42,386 bases of DNA from the NCBI GenBank assembly GCA_037128175.1, contig JBAXWY010000024.1, forward strand, positions 1 through 42,386, in the 5' to 3' direction. The position numbers were made by a program, and so were the translations under genes. Positions within the stretch are counted from its first letter, which is position 1. The number at the start of each line of letters is the position of its first letter. Shown here piece after piece: positions 29,254 through 39,601 of this stretch. Under the pieces are notes generated by a model that was not told the DNA's origin, did no database searches, and worked only from the letters and a program-made list of their open reading frames with translations. This DNA comes from Methanothrix sp. (lineage in GTDB: Archaea; Halobacteriota; Methanosarcinia; Methanotrichales; Methanotrichaceae).

Positions 29254-29454
29254 CCGGAAAAGAAGGATAAGGTTATCGACCGGATCAACGCCCCGGTCCT
29301 TGCCACTGCCAAGCGTGTCCTGAACGAGTTTCAGGAAACAGGAAACTACAGCTCCCAGAGCGATGCTCTCAGCGACCTACTGCTGGATTACGGAAGGCTC
29401 CAGGAGAGAGTAAAAGAGCTTGAGGCCCAACTGGCCGAAGCAAAGAAGGAGTAA
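29251..29454 (+). CDS. Small RHH/CopG-like regulator with C-terminal coiled coil
   Basis: Short beta strand (DRINAPV), helix, YSSQSDALSDLL, heptad tail. Confidence 0.6.
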   Translation: MPEKKDKVIDRINAPVLATAKRVLNEFQETGNYSSQSDALSDLLLDYGRLQERVKELEAQLAEAKKE

Positions 29455-29520
29455 TTCCATCAGTTAAAGTCTTAAAATCATACGAATGACAGATCGCCCA
29501 AACCGTGGTGAGATGAAAGA

Positions 29521-29706
29521 ATGGGTGTGCTAAAAGTTGACGATCACGAAGCTCTGAGGATGTGGGCCTTGGAGAACAATTTCGGAGATCCTGAATCTCT
29601 GATAGACCGCAGAGACGGAAAGCTGCTATTCAGGAGCGCCCGAGCCGCCAAGCAGTACCGCAGGCTGGAGACGATGCATAAAGACCGGAGGACACAAAAT
29701 GCCTAA
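29521..29706 (+). CDS. Hypothetical protein
   Basis: GGTGA upstream; first of a run of small co-oriented ORFs. Confidence 0.5.
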   Translation: MGVLKVDDHEALRMWALENNFGDPESLIDRRDGKLLFRSARAAKQYRRLETMHKDRRTQNA

Positions 29707-29902
29707 ATCACTTAGCGCTTATGTCCCCTGCCTCTACTGCCGGAGAGGGCCGAGAGGAGGCGATCCGGACCCCTGTTCCGGTGTGCGTCACATCCGGTCC
29801 TTGCAGGCCGGCGGCTGCTTCCTGGGAGAGGTCACGCCGGGAAAGGAAGCGCTTCATGCCAGATTCGTCAAGACCCTGGAGGTGCCCTCCAATGACCGCT
29901 AA
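29699..29902 (+). CDS. Small Cys-rich hypothetical protein
   Basis: CLYC...C...C; overlaps the upstream stop. Confidence 0.5.
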   Translation: MPKSLSAYVPCLYCRRGPRGGDPDPCSGVRHIRSLQAGGCFLGEVTPGKEALHARFVKTLEVPSNDR

Positions 29903-29929
29903 ATCCCGCTGCCGGAGCAAGGAGCACTG

Positions 29930-30298
29930 GTGATGCAGGCGTTCTTTGTGGCCAGCGAGGAGGCAAACGGACTCTATGGACCCTACAGCAGGCCGATAGC
30001 CGACCGGGTTTTGAAGATCGTTCACATGGCCTCCGACGAGACGGCTGAGCTTGAAGTGGCTGAAGTGGACATGTTCGGCGAGCAGCTCCAGAGCGGCCTT
30101 TTGCCCTTCAAGGTTTGCGTGATTGTGCAACAGGGCAAGGTGCAGGATGTGGAGGTCTCGCTCTGCTGGCCTCCCGTCCCGGAGGGCATCCTGGTCGAGC
30201 GGGAAGACTACAGGGAGTACTTTGTCTGGGCCCATAACCAGAGCGAGGCCAAGACCAGACTGGCCAGCCTGCCGAAAAGCCGGGCTCCGGATGCATGA
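29930..30298 (+). CDS. Hypothetical protein
   Basis: GGAG RBS; GC-rich coding-like codon usage. Confidence 0.6.
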   Translation: MMQAFFVASEEANGLYGPYSRPIADRVLKIVHMASDETAELEVAEVDMFGEQLQSGLLPFKVCVIVQQGKVQDVEVSLCWPPVPEGILVEREDYREYFVWAHNQSEAKTRLASLPKSRAPDA

Positions 30299-30422
30299 GA
30301 TGCTTACGCTTATACATAGAACGGAAGAAGCAAGAATGGAATTTTGGCCAGCTAATGGCTAACGACACGATAATATATGCTTAAGCCGATTCATGCTTAA
30401 AGTACAAGTTGGGGAAAGCAAA

Positions 30423-32480
30423 ATGATCGATCAGGCCGATATCCACAGAAAGGCCAATAGTAGCAAACTGAAAGACCGCGAAGAAGCAGTAGAATTGCTT
30501 AGGACAGTCTTTTCCCACATTCCTGATAAGGTCGAGGCCTGGCATGATCTCATTAGACTGACTGAGAACATGTACAGCGGTGTACGGTGGCAAGCTGCAT
30601 CTTCCTTGGGCTTCGTCTTTTCCCATGTCCCTGATAAGTTCGAGGCCTGGTATGACCTTCATAAGCTGACTCAGGATGAGAATAGCTATGTACGAATGGA
30701 AGCTGCATATTCCTTAGGTTCAGCCTTTTCGCACGTGCCAGATAAGTTCGAGGCCTGGCATGACCTTCATAAACTGACTCATGATGAGGACAGCGGTGTG
30801 CGAATGCGGGCTGCATCCTCGCTGAACTCTGCTTTTTCACACATCCCCGATAAGGTCGAGGCTTGGCATGATCTTCATAAGCTGACTCAGGATGAGGACA
30901 GCTACGTGCGAAGGGAGGCTGCATGCTCCTTGATCGCCGCTTTTTTTTACATCCCCGATAAGATCGAGGTCTGGCATGATCTCATTAAACTGATCGATGA
31001 CGAGGATCCTGATGTGCGAATGGAAGCTGCACACACGTTGGGCTTTGCCTTTTCGCAACTTCCCTATAAGATCGAAGCTTGGCATGAACTCATTAGACTG
31101 ACCGAGGATGGGTACAGCGGTGTGCGAATGGGTGCTGCATTTTCGTTGGACTCTGTCTTTTTGCATGTCCTCGATAAGGTCGAAACCTGGCACGATATCA
31201 TTAGATTGACGGAGGACGGAGATAGCAATGTGCGAATGTACGCATATCACTCATTGGGAAAAGCATTTGTGTACAAGGCCACAGAATCTGAGGATGTTGG
31301 CGTCCTGAGGACGAATCTGGAAAACGCTGTGGAGTACTTTGGGAAATCGGTTCAAGAATCAGAAGATAGCCCAGCCAAGTTTTGTCATCCCTTCTACCGC
31401 TCCTATTTCGCCCTAACATTTCAAGGAGAATCCCAGGAAGCAATCCAAAAGTATCTGGCAGAGGCAAAGGCAGCGGTGGGCGGATCGCAGAGCAGAGACG
31501 AACTGCTAAAGGCGGTAGAGAACCTGGCCGGGGCGCTGAAAGAAGCGCAGAGAACATGGGATATGCAGCTAGCTGGCATGCAATGCGATCTTAAGGCCTA
31601 CATGAGATACTGCAACCAGGCCGCCGAATACCTCAACCAAGCGGAGAAGGATGCCCCCAGCGCTACCAAGCTTATAAGGAAGGGCTTACCCAACATTGAT
31701 CAACGGATAAAAGAGATCATTGGCAGCATCCAGGAGAAGGCCCAAACTATCTGCATCCAGGGCAAAGGTACAGGTACAGCCCTTGAAGCTGCTGGCTTAG
31801 AGCTGAACCACTGGGCCAAAGAACTCTCTTTTGAGAACGTCCTCAAGTCAGAAAGAAGCTGCTCAAGGATCGAGTATACCCTCCAGAATTTTTGCAATCG
31901 CCTCCCTGTAGATAAAAGATCCAACATCTGCGAGGTTGTAAAGGAGATCGGCAAGGAGGAAGAGCTTCCAAATAAGCTGACCAAAATCGAGCTTGCCTTG
32001 AGTTTTATCTTGAATGAATGGCCGATTGATTACGATGTTAGGAAGAAGCTGGACGAAATTCACGACGACATCAAATCCCTCCGACAATCCATCCTCGATC
32101 GATTTGAAATCAGTGAGCAGAAAATCCTATCATCTATATTCGAACGTCTAGACAAGGACAAGCTGGAGATCATCAGCTCCCTCCTCGACGCCATTAAGGA
32201 AAATAGAATTCCAAAAGACCTAACAGAGGAAGCTCTGAAGGCCACGAAGGATTTAATCGCCGAAATGAAATCGATACAAATCCAAGATCCAAAAATAGCC
32301 AAATGCGTGGATTCTTGGGAAGAGGCCATTAATTCCCCAGAGCTTGGAATTGAGAACCTGATTAAGGTCACAATCCCCATTATTCCCTTCTTTTTGACCT
32401 ATGAAGGCTCCTACAAATTCCAGACCAGCATAAAGCTAGATTCTGTTTGGAATAAGCTGCGTGCTCTCGTCCGGCGATAA
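30423..32480 (+). CDS. HEAT-repeat protein (36-aa repeats), paralog of 7393..10182
   Basis: DEDSxVRxxAAxSLxxAFSHIPDKxEAWHDLxKLT x ~7; shared NVRxYAYHSLGK...PA..C..Y..Y region. Confidence 0.9.
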   Translation: MIDQADIHRKANSSKLKDREEAVELLRTVFSHIPDKVEAWHDLIRLTENMYSGVRWQAASSLGFVFSHVPDKFEAWYDLHKLTQDENSYVRMEAAYSLGSAFSHVPDKFEAWHDLHKLTHDEDSGVRMRAASSLNSAFSHIPDKVEAWHDLHKLTQDEDSYVRREAACSLIAAFFYIPDKIEVWHDLIKLIDDEDPDVRMEAAHTLGFAFSQLPYKIEAWHELIRLTEDGYSGVRMGAAFSLDSVFLHVLDKVETWHDIIRLTEDGDSNVRMYAYHSLGKAFVYKATESEDVGVLRTNLENAVEYFGKSVQESEDSPAKFCHPFYRSYFALTFQGESQEAIQKYLAEAKAAVGGSQSRDELLKAVENLAGALKEAQRTWDMQLAGMQCDLKAYMRYCNQAAEYLNQAEKDAPSATKLIRKGLPNIDQRIKEIIGSIQEKAQTICIQGKGTGTALEAAGLELNHWAKELSFENVLKSERSCSRIEYTLQNFCNRLPVDKRSNICEVVKEIGKEEELPNKLTKIELALSFILNEWPIDYDVRKKLDEIHDDIKSLRQSILDRFEISEQKILSSIFERLDKDKLEIISSLLDAIKENRIPKDLTEEALKATKDLIAEMKSIQIQDPKIAKCVDSWEEAINSPELGIENLIKVTIPIIPFFLTYEGSYKFQTSIKLDSVWNKLRALVRR

Positions 32481-32562
32481 CCTCCTCCGAGAGGCCGTAG
32501 CAATCGACTTCAAGACCGGCTTGCACTGCCCATTCTGCTGAATCTCCCAGAAGAAGAAATTC

Positions 32563-32952
32563 ATGACTGACGCCATCTTCTCGATCAAACACCGCTACGC
32601 AGAGCGTATTTACAGCGACCATAAGTGCCTGGAACTGCGGCGGACGGCTCCCAAGTCGCCCATAGAACGGGCCTGGATCTACGAAACAGCGCCGGTAAAA
32701 AGGGTTACAGGCTGGTTTGAGCCCGGCCTGATTTATCCAGCAATGGACTGCGAGGCCCTCCTGGAGAGGTTCGGAGAAGAGAAATGCCTGGGGATGCAGG
32801 TCGCCGGGACCAAAGAAGAGCGGCTCCTGGCGATGATCGAGGCCCTGGGAGACAGGCCTCTACGCGCAATCAGCATCGAAAGAGCCCACAGGATAAGCCC
32901 GGTGGAGCTTCGCATCCGGCCACCGCAGAGCTGGATGTACTGCAAAACGTAA
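32563..32952 (+). CDS. ASCH/PUA-like domain protein
   Basis: FSIKHRYAERIY..K..ELRR...IYETAPVK.V.G...RPPQSWMY. Confidence 0.85.
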   Translation: MTDAIFSIKHRYAERIYSDHKCLELRRTAPKSPIERAWIYETAPVKRVTGWFEPGLIYPAMDCEALLERFGEEKCLGMQVAGTKEERLLAMIEALGDRPLRAISIERAHRISPVELRIRPPQSWMYCKT

Positions 32953-33080
32953 TAGATTTTTCACACGGGAGTCCCTGTAATAGATTTTCAACAGTAGGAT
33001 TGAGAAATTTTGGGGTGATTTGCTCAATATAGCATCAAGAGGATAATCTTAATTAATGTTGAATTTGAATAGATAGAATT

Positions 33081-34388
33081 ATGGATAAAGGATTTCAAGT
33101 TTTGGTAACCTTGCTTATAATATTCCCGTCATTAGGATGTGGTACATCGTTTATAAATTCAACGACAGTAGCGGACTCTGCCTTCGAACCACCTATCTCG
33201 ATCGAATGGAAAATGACGTTTGGTGGAGCATATAGCGATAACCTCGTAGACGCGAAACAAACAAATGATGGAGGATACATATTTGTGGGGTGCACACATT
33301 CATATGGCGATCGTAATGGAGATATATGGCTCCTAAAGACCGATTCCTTTGGAAATAAAGAATGGCAAAGGACATTTGGAGGTGAAGGCTATGACGATGG
33401 CTATTCTGTTCAACAGACTCGTGATGGAGGTTATATAATTTCAGGGGAAACAAATTCATACGGCACCAGCAACCATAATGTATGGTTAATTAAGACAGAT
33501 CCCTCGGGAAATAAAAAATGGGACAGGACATTTGATGGACGGCGTGCCCGGGAAGTTCGAGAGGCAGAAGATGGCGGATATGTCTTGGCAACTGATGGAT
33601 CCGGTCCAAGCGGCCCCTGGCTGATCAAGACCGATTCTTCAGGAAATAATATGTGGCAAAAACAAAACGGTGCAATATCTAATTCCGTCCAGCAAACTAT
33701 TGATGGCGGATACATTGTCGCAAGTGGCAAGGGGCTAACCAAGACGGACTCTCTCGGAAACATCAACTGGAAATTAAATTATGATGGCTGGTTCAATCTT
33801 CTCTCAGTCAAACAGACAAAAGACGGAGGATATGTAGCAGCTGGCTGGATTATACCAGAAGGCTCAAAAAAAGATAACGTCTGGTTGATAAAGACGGATT
33901 CTTCGGGTAATAAGGAATGGGAGAGAGTACTTGGTGGGCAAGCAGGTGATACCGCGTGGTCAATCCAAGAGACACCTGATGGAGGTTTCATAATGACAGG
34001 AGATACATACTCAAAAGGAGCTGGTGATATGGATGTCTGGCTGATCAAGACCGATTCTTCAGGAAATATAGTATGGGATAAGACCTTTGGAGAGTCAGGT
34101 TGTGATGGCGCATCATCCATTCTGCAAACGAACGAGGGCGGATACATTTTAGTCGCCAACACGTGGTCCAACAGTCTCTCTGCAGGAGAAGCTGATGCCT
34201 GGATAATTAAACTCAAATACACCGAGCCGAATAGTCAATTACCCCAGGGGGTTTCACCTGCGTCATATGATCAATCGGTTCAAACGTCCAATTCCAGCAT
34301 TGTAAGGCCAGGCGAAAAACCGATGACAATATCGGAAAACTCTCCATCTGGTGATAAAATGCCGCCTCCACCTCCCCATAAAAAGTGA
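33081..34388 (+). CDS. Secreted beta-propeller-type repeat protein
   Basis: Signal peptide; repeats QTxDGGYI..G...WLIKTDSSGN..W.RTFGG; Pro/Ser-rich tail. Confidence 0.85.
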   Translation: MDKGFQVLVTLLIIFPSLGCGTSFINSTTVADSAFEPPISIEWKMTFGGAYSDNLVDAKQTNDGGYIFVGCTHSYGDRNGDIWLLKTDSFGNKEWQRTFGGEGYDDGYSVQQTRDGGYIISGETNSYGTSNHNVWLIKTDPSGNKKWDRTFDGRRAREVREAEDGGYVLATDGSGPSGPWLIKTDSSGNNMWQKQNGAISNSVQQTIDGGYIVASGKGLTKTDSLGNINWKLNYDGWFNLLSVKQTKDGGYVAAGWIIPEGSKKDNVWLIKTDSSGNKEWERVLGGQAGDTAWSIQETPDGGFIMTGDTYSKGAGDMDVWLIKTDSSGNIVWDKTFGESGCDGASSILQTNEGGYILVANTWSNSLSAGEADAWIIKLKYTEPNSQLPQGVSPASYDQSVQTSNSSIVRPGEKPMTISENSPSGDKMPPPPPHKK

Positions 34389-34535
34389 TTTACACAATTG
34401 GACTTATTTTATTTTTATAAAACGTATAATTTAGAACTGTCGAGTTGTTGCTTGAGGAAAGATTTTCTTAGCAATTGTCGAAACTATCTTCACCATTAAT
34501 GATAAATAATCCTAGTACACTATCAATTTAAGAAA

Positions 34536-37500
34536 ATGAACCGCAAAAAAAGAGAGGAGAAAAGTTCTGATTTCCGTTTATTAGGATTAGCATTGCTCTT
34601 TATCTTATTCATTATTGGCCAGGTGTTTGGCCAACCATTCGACCCCACCGCCTGGAATCCAGATGATGGTTGGGATCAGATACCTGAGATCCAGGAGCCA
34701 ATTAATTTTGTGCAAGAGTTTGAAAACACAAATTTTGGCCAAGAAGACAACCCGATCATATATCCTGAGACCCCCACCCAGCCACAAAACAAAGATGCAA
34801 ACACATACGATGTTAATCTAGATGGTACTACAATTTCTCATGAAACAGATCGATGGGAAGTGCAAATTGAAAAGGACTATGGGAGTACGCAATTAAGCGG
34901 GACAATATGGGTCATTGTTGGAGGCGGCCTTTCTCCGAGCATTCCTTTAGGCTGGGTTGGTCCCAATATAGCGATCGGAGATAAAGTTAATATTGGAGGC
35001 CGTTACGACCCTGAAATGCATTCGGTAACGCTTTATGGCAACGCAGGATACTATATGAGGCTGCTTTCTAAACAGCCTACTCCCAATCCCGAGCCTAATC
35101 CTGAACCTTATCCAGAGCCAACTCCAGAACCATACCCAACGCCAAATCCTGAGCCAATCCCAGAACCAATTCCAGTTAATCAACCACCTTCAGTACTGGA
35201 ATTAATTCCAAATAAGGAAAGTCCACAAATTTCCGGCTCTGCTATTGATTGGACTGCCACTGCATCAGACCCAGACCGCGACGATATCATAAATTACAAA
35301 TTCATGATCAATAATGCCGCAACCAATAGCCAATGGCAAGATATGACTGGTTGGATTACTACTAGTACCTGGACCTGGTCGCCAAATGAATCTGATATGG
35401 GCGAGAATTATATCAGTGTCGCCGTAAGAGATGGGAATCATGCTGCAGAGGACGATTATGATGATTTTAAACAGATAGCGTTTACTATCAGTCAAGAATC
35501 CAATGCTGAGCCCAAAAAGCCCAGCATTAAGATCGTCGGTATCGATCCAGTCGAAGGAACAACCCTGACTGCCGGCGACTCCGTTGAATTCAAATTTACT
35601 GTAGAATACGATCTTGGAGATAATGACTACGGAAAGATCAAAGTGGCCGTGGATGAGTTTACCACCGGGTATACAGATGCTGAAAGGCCAGTCCCGGACA
35701 GCCAGCTTGATATTGGCATAGGGGATACCCTCACTGGATCTCAGGTCTTCACCTTAACCGATACCATTGGGCTAGACTGGTCCAACGTTTACGTCTCCGC
35801 AGACCTTTACGCCGCCAAGAAGGACGAACCATTACCTGCGACAATCTCAGCCTACGACTACAAAGAGTATCCCCTGAAGGCGGATGCTGCCCCCTTTGCT
35901 GAGATCCGCTTTGAAGGGACGGCCAGAGAGTTCCGCCCTGGCCCTGCGAATATGCCCGGATCTCCTACTTCCTGGATGGTCACCGTTGATAAGCTGATCT
36001 CGGGACCGCAGCCCTGCACCACACCGATTGAGGTGGTTACCGACCAGTCTATCTCTCCCCCGATATGGGGCCAGGTGGACAAGAACGTGGAGAGCGGAGA
36101 TAAGGTAGAGGTCTACGGCTCTTATGTTGCAGACAACGAGGGATGCCGAGTAACCCTGCACGGATCTGAAAGCTACTACTTCAAGAAAGCTACATGTCAC
36201 GGAGTCATCAAAGGCCATGTTTACGACGCCCAGAGCAAGCAGCCCATAAAAAGAGCATCCCTGGAATGCAGCCTCTACTGCAATGAGCCCCGAATTAGCG
36301 ACGATCAGGGATACTACGAGCTCGGCTCGCCTGCATGCAATATCTGCGGCCTGGTATATTGTTCGATAACATGCAACGCAGATGGCTATGAGAGCGAAGT
36401 CCTGTCCCTGGTGACCGATATAGATGGCAATGGCAAGAAGGACTTGAACTTCTACCTCCAGCCCAAGAAGATCAGCCGCGTTGTGATACAAGGAGAGGTT
36501 ATAGACCGAGCCTCCTGCAACCAGAATGACAACCGTGTATCAGTCTTGATCAAAAAGGTCATAGAGAAACCCGAAGATACTATGGTGATAGCTTCCGGTC
36601 GTACAATAGACGTACGAAGCAAAGAGTGTGCGTTGATCTTAGATCTGCTCAAAGGACACTGCTACGAGTTCCAAGGATCTTGGATCGATGAATCATTCTG
36701 GCTGCAATCCAATCCACTAACCACACCGGTTGAGTGCACGTCCGAGGAAGAGAATCCGGAACCTTCAGGCTGCGGAAAAATCCTGTACTATGCGGTCAGC
36801 AAGGGAAAGCACGCTAGGGGAGACACGATCCTGGGGGATATGCGATACAAGAGCAATGTGAACGGAGAAGCTGATTTCTCCGGCACACTCTTGCTGAGGT
36901 CGCCTTCCGGGCAGGTCTACTCCGGGCTTATGCACCAGAGAACTCCGAGGTATGAAGAAGACAGCTTCGGCTATGGCAAAGGCAATTCAATTGCAGTCAT
37001 ACTGCCCCCGGACGCAGCTTTTGGGCTGTATGCGGCCAAGCTGGAGCTGAGGCGACATGATACCGACGAACTCTGCGACGAGACAAATTGGGTAGAGGAT
37101 CAATTTGAAGTGGAGGGCACGGATAAAGAAAAACAACCGCCTTTTGAGGAGGTTAAATTCAAGGGCACAATAATTGAGCACCCAGATATCCGTACCGGCG
37201 AGGATTACTACACGGTCGCCGTAAATAGCGTATTGAGCGGCCCGAAGCTAAACGATCAGGTGGATGTTTGCGTTGCAAGCATCTTTGCAAAGTATCCTCA
37301 ATGGGGCAATGTGGATCCCGATATATTAGAAACAAATATAGTTGAGGTTTTTGGAAGAATCGATAGGACGCATTCCATAGATAGAACCGACATAACCCTT
37401 AACGGTCGCGAAGAATATTATCTCAAAAAAATCTCGGGGGTAGGATGCGAAGGGGAAATTTCGGGTCATGTCTTCGATGTCGAGACGGATCTACCAATCC

Positions 37501-38591
37501 CTGATGCCCAGGTATCGTCCAGCAAAAGACGACATGTCGGCGGCTTGAGCCAGGATGACGGATTCTATAGCCTATCTAGGGCCTGTCCCAATATGCAGCA
37601 GATGCTATACTGCCAGGCAGAGGGGTACGAATCAGGGAGCTCAGAGGCGACCACAGATGACAAAGGAAATGCAGCAGTGGACTTCCATCTCAAACCTCGA
37701 CCAGGTGGGTGCGTCCAGAAGGATTGTCAGGCTCAGAACCAGTTTGAAGGACAGCCCACACTAAAGGATGGCAAGTTCTATATGACCTACCGGGACTGCA
37801 AATGCAGGCGGGACGACTGTGTCTGCAAAACAACGGAAAGGGAGGTTGAGGGAATCATTATGGGCGATGTGCTCGACGCCAAAACCGGCAATCCTATTGA
37901 CGGTGCCACTGTGTGCGTCATAGGGAAAGTCTGCGAAAATTGTGTGCGTACCGATGCCGTGGGAAGATACATCCTCAGCCCAGGCCAGGGGCAGGGAGGA
38001 TGCTCCTTCCAGCCCAATACCGCCTATGACCTGAAGGCTATTGCAGACTGTTATCAGAGCTCAGAAACGACGACGGTGACCACAAGCTCGAAGGGCAATG
38101 CCTTCCAGGTCAACTTCAAACTCCAGCCCAAGCCCAAATGTAAGGAATCGAACTGTGATATGTGGGAGAGACCCGAGGGACCCCAGTTAACGGACAAGTG
38201 CGGAAATGTGTACCAGGACTACAATGCCTTCGAGTGTCAAAGATGCGATTGCATAAATGTTGGAATTGAGAAGAGAAAGGTAAAAGATGCAGACAACGAT
38301 CCCCCATGGGATCCAGAGATATTATCATCAACGCGGGTATCTGGCAAGAAATTGGTGCCCATCAATATTAAGTTCCAGTCAGGGGATTTGGAGCATGATC
38401 AGATAAAATACCGAATCAATTGGGACGATGGAAGTTTTTCAGAGACAATTTTCTTCGACTCGGATATAATAGTATCCTATTGGCACACATATGCCAAAGG
38501 AGGTAACTTCGAGGTGACGGTAACAGCCGAAGACGAGTGTGGAGGAAAGTCAGAGCACCTCTGCACTATCTTCGTCACCATTATCGGCTAG
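34536..38591 (+). CDS. Large secreted/surface protein (Pro-Glu linker, Ig-like, three carboxypeptidase-regulatory-like domains, Cys-rich segments, PKD-like end)
   Basis: Signal peptide; PNPEP repeats; I.G.V.DA.T..PI..A...G.Y x3; INWDDG...HTY..GG.F.VTVTA.D. Confidence 0.85.
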   Translation: MNRKKREEKSSDFRLLGLALLFILFIIGQVFGQPFDPTAWNPDDGWDQIPEIQEPINFVQEFENTNFGQEDNPIIYPETPTQPQNKDANTYDVNLDGTTISHETDRWEVQIEKDYGSTQLSGTIWVIVGGGLSPSIPLGWVGPNIAIGDKVNIGGRYDPEMHSVTLYGNAGYYMRLLSKQPTPNPEPNPEPYPEPTPEPYPTPNPEPIPEPIPVNQPPSVLELIPNKESPQISGSAIDWTATASDPDRDDIINYKFMINNAATNSQWQDMTGWITTSTWTWSPNESDMGENYISVAVRDGNHAAEDDYDDFKQIAFTISQESNAEPKKPSIKIVGIDPVEGTTLTAGDSVEFKFTVEYDLGDNDYGKIKVAVDEFTTGYTDAERPVPDSQLDIGIGDTLTGSQVFTLTDTIGLDWSNVYVSADLYAAKKDEPLPATISAYDYKEYPLKADAAPFAEIRFEGTAREFRPGPANMPGSPTSWMVTVDKLISGPQPCTTPIEVVTDQSISPPIWGQVDKNVESGDKVEVYGSYVADNEGCRVTLHGSESYYFKKATCHGVIKGHVYDAQSKQPIKRASLECSLYCNEPRISDDQGYYELGSPACNICGLVYCSITCNADGYESEVLSLVTDIDGNGKKDLNFYLQPKKISRVVIQGEVIDRASCNQNDNRVSVLIKKVIEKPEDTMVIASGRTIDVRSKECALILDLLKGHCYEFQGSWIDESFWLQSNPLTTPVECTSEEENPEPSGCGKILYYAVSKGKHARGDTILGDMRYKSNVNGEADFSGTLLLRSPSGQVYSGLMHQRTPRYEEDSFGYGKGNSIAVILPPDAAFGLYAAKLELRRHDTDELCDETNWVEDQFEVEGTDKEKQPPFEEVKFKGTIIEHPDIRTGEDYYTVAVNSVLSGPKLNDQVDVCVASIFAKYPQWGNVDPDILETNIVEVFGRIDRTHSIDRTDITLNGREEYYLKKISGVGCEGEISGHVFDVETDLPIPDAQVSSSKRRHVGGLSQDDGFYSLSRACPNMQQMLYCQAEGYESGSSEATTDDKGNAAVDFHLKPRPGGCVQKDCQAQNQFEGQPTLKDGKFYMTYRDCKCRRDDCVCKTTEREVEGIIMGDVLDAKTGNPIDGATVCVIGKVCENCVRTDAVGRYILSPGQGQGGCSFQPNTAYDLKAIADCYQSSETTTVTTSSKGNAFQVNFKLQPKPKCKESNCDMWERPEGPQLTDKCGNVYQDYNAFECQRCDCINVGIEKRKVKDADNDPPWDPEILSSTRVSGKKLVPINIKFQSGDLEHDQIKYRINWDDGSFSETIFFDSDIIVSYWHTYAKGGNFEVTVTAEDECGGKSEHLCTIFVTIIG

Positions 38592-38605
38592 AACACTTCA
38601 TCTCC

Positions 38606-38641
38606 CGGATGACTGCACATTAGGTCATCCGAGCCCTTTTC
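38606..38641 (+). terminator. Hairpin followed by a T tract
   Basis: CGGATGAC/GTCATCCG then CCCTTTT after the stop. Confidence 0.55.
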
Positions 38642-38831
38642 TGTAATGAGAGCCGTAAAACATTTCATACAGTACAGCATATTGATTTACATTTTTCGGG
38701 CATCAGCCATGGTTTTCGCCGACTCAATTTTGACCCACCTATGGCTCAAATTCAATCTTGCTGTTTTTGTCTTGCCCTTTTCTCTTTATCGATTTGCACG
38801 CCTCTATCCCCGATCAACCCATCTGGGGGTG

Positions 38832-38966
38832 ATCCAGGAGCCTATCAGCGATCTCCTGTTTGTCCTTGTTGGGAATGCTATCCAGGACCGCCCTGGAGAA
38901 ATGAACTTGACAATACTGCCAGGAGGCTCCCACAAACGACGATTCTACCGCTTTTTGAATACCCGC
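38832..38966 (-). mobile_element. IS256-family transposase internal fragment
   Basis: Minus-strand translation AGIQKAVESSFVGASWQYCQVHFSRAVLDSIPNKDKQEIADRLLD carries the WQ.C..H motif. Confidence 0.8.
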
Positions 38967-39420
38967 ACACCGCCCTTACCTTCGTCTTCTGCTCGCTCCC
39001 CTTGAAAGCGATCGCCGTCATGGACGCCTGACCTGTCTTGCAGTTCAGATAGTAAGTCCCCTTGGCCGCCAGATCCAACAGATAGCCACAGAGGCTAACA
39101 GACCCCCTCATAGAGACACCGGAGCTGATGCCGATCTTCGTCGTAGTCTCCTTATTCGCCTCTGAATTGGCAGCCGTGGACAGAGTTGCGAAGACATCAA
39201 GGGCTCCCGCCGCGGCCCTCGTGACTTCCAGCTCTGCAGCGTACTCTACCCTCCATCGACCAATGGGAATCGTCAAAGATCCGCCCTTATTATACCAGGT
39301 TCCAGCCGCAGGCGACGCTTGAGAGCTATCCGATGTCACCAGGCTCTCGACCCTCCATTTGGCTTCATCCACCGGGAATCCATAGGGCGCTTTTGCCATC
39401 GAGAAATTGGGCTCGATGAT
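38967..39420 (-). pseudogene. Fragment resembling the C-terminus of a viral tail/structural protein
   Basis: APYGFP...KW...GTWYN.GGSLTIPIG.W...TYYLN...VRAVC; GC-rich; cut by the IS256 fragment; no credible start codon. Confidence 0.45.
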
Positions 39421-39601
39421 CCGGGTGCTGGCCCCGGCTGTTATCCGTGCCTGCAAAGATCGCAAGCGTGCTGTCGGGCGCTGAGCAGGCCATGAAGCAC
39501 GAAATTATCCCGGCCCGCCGGAGACGGCGCCTCTCGCACTCCCGGCTATCCCGCCGCCGCAGCCGTGACCACCGAGGAGAGAGGGTGGGGTCCGGGGAGG
39601 G

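Noticed and set aside
35076-35175. Short tandem DNA repeats
   Set aside because: They encode the Pro-Glu/Asn linker of the surface protein.
38646-39031. Plus-strand ORFs 38646..39005 and 38741..39031
   Set aside because: They are antisense to the IS256 fragment and span unrelated pieces of DNA.
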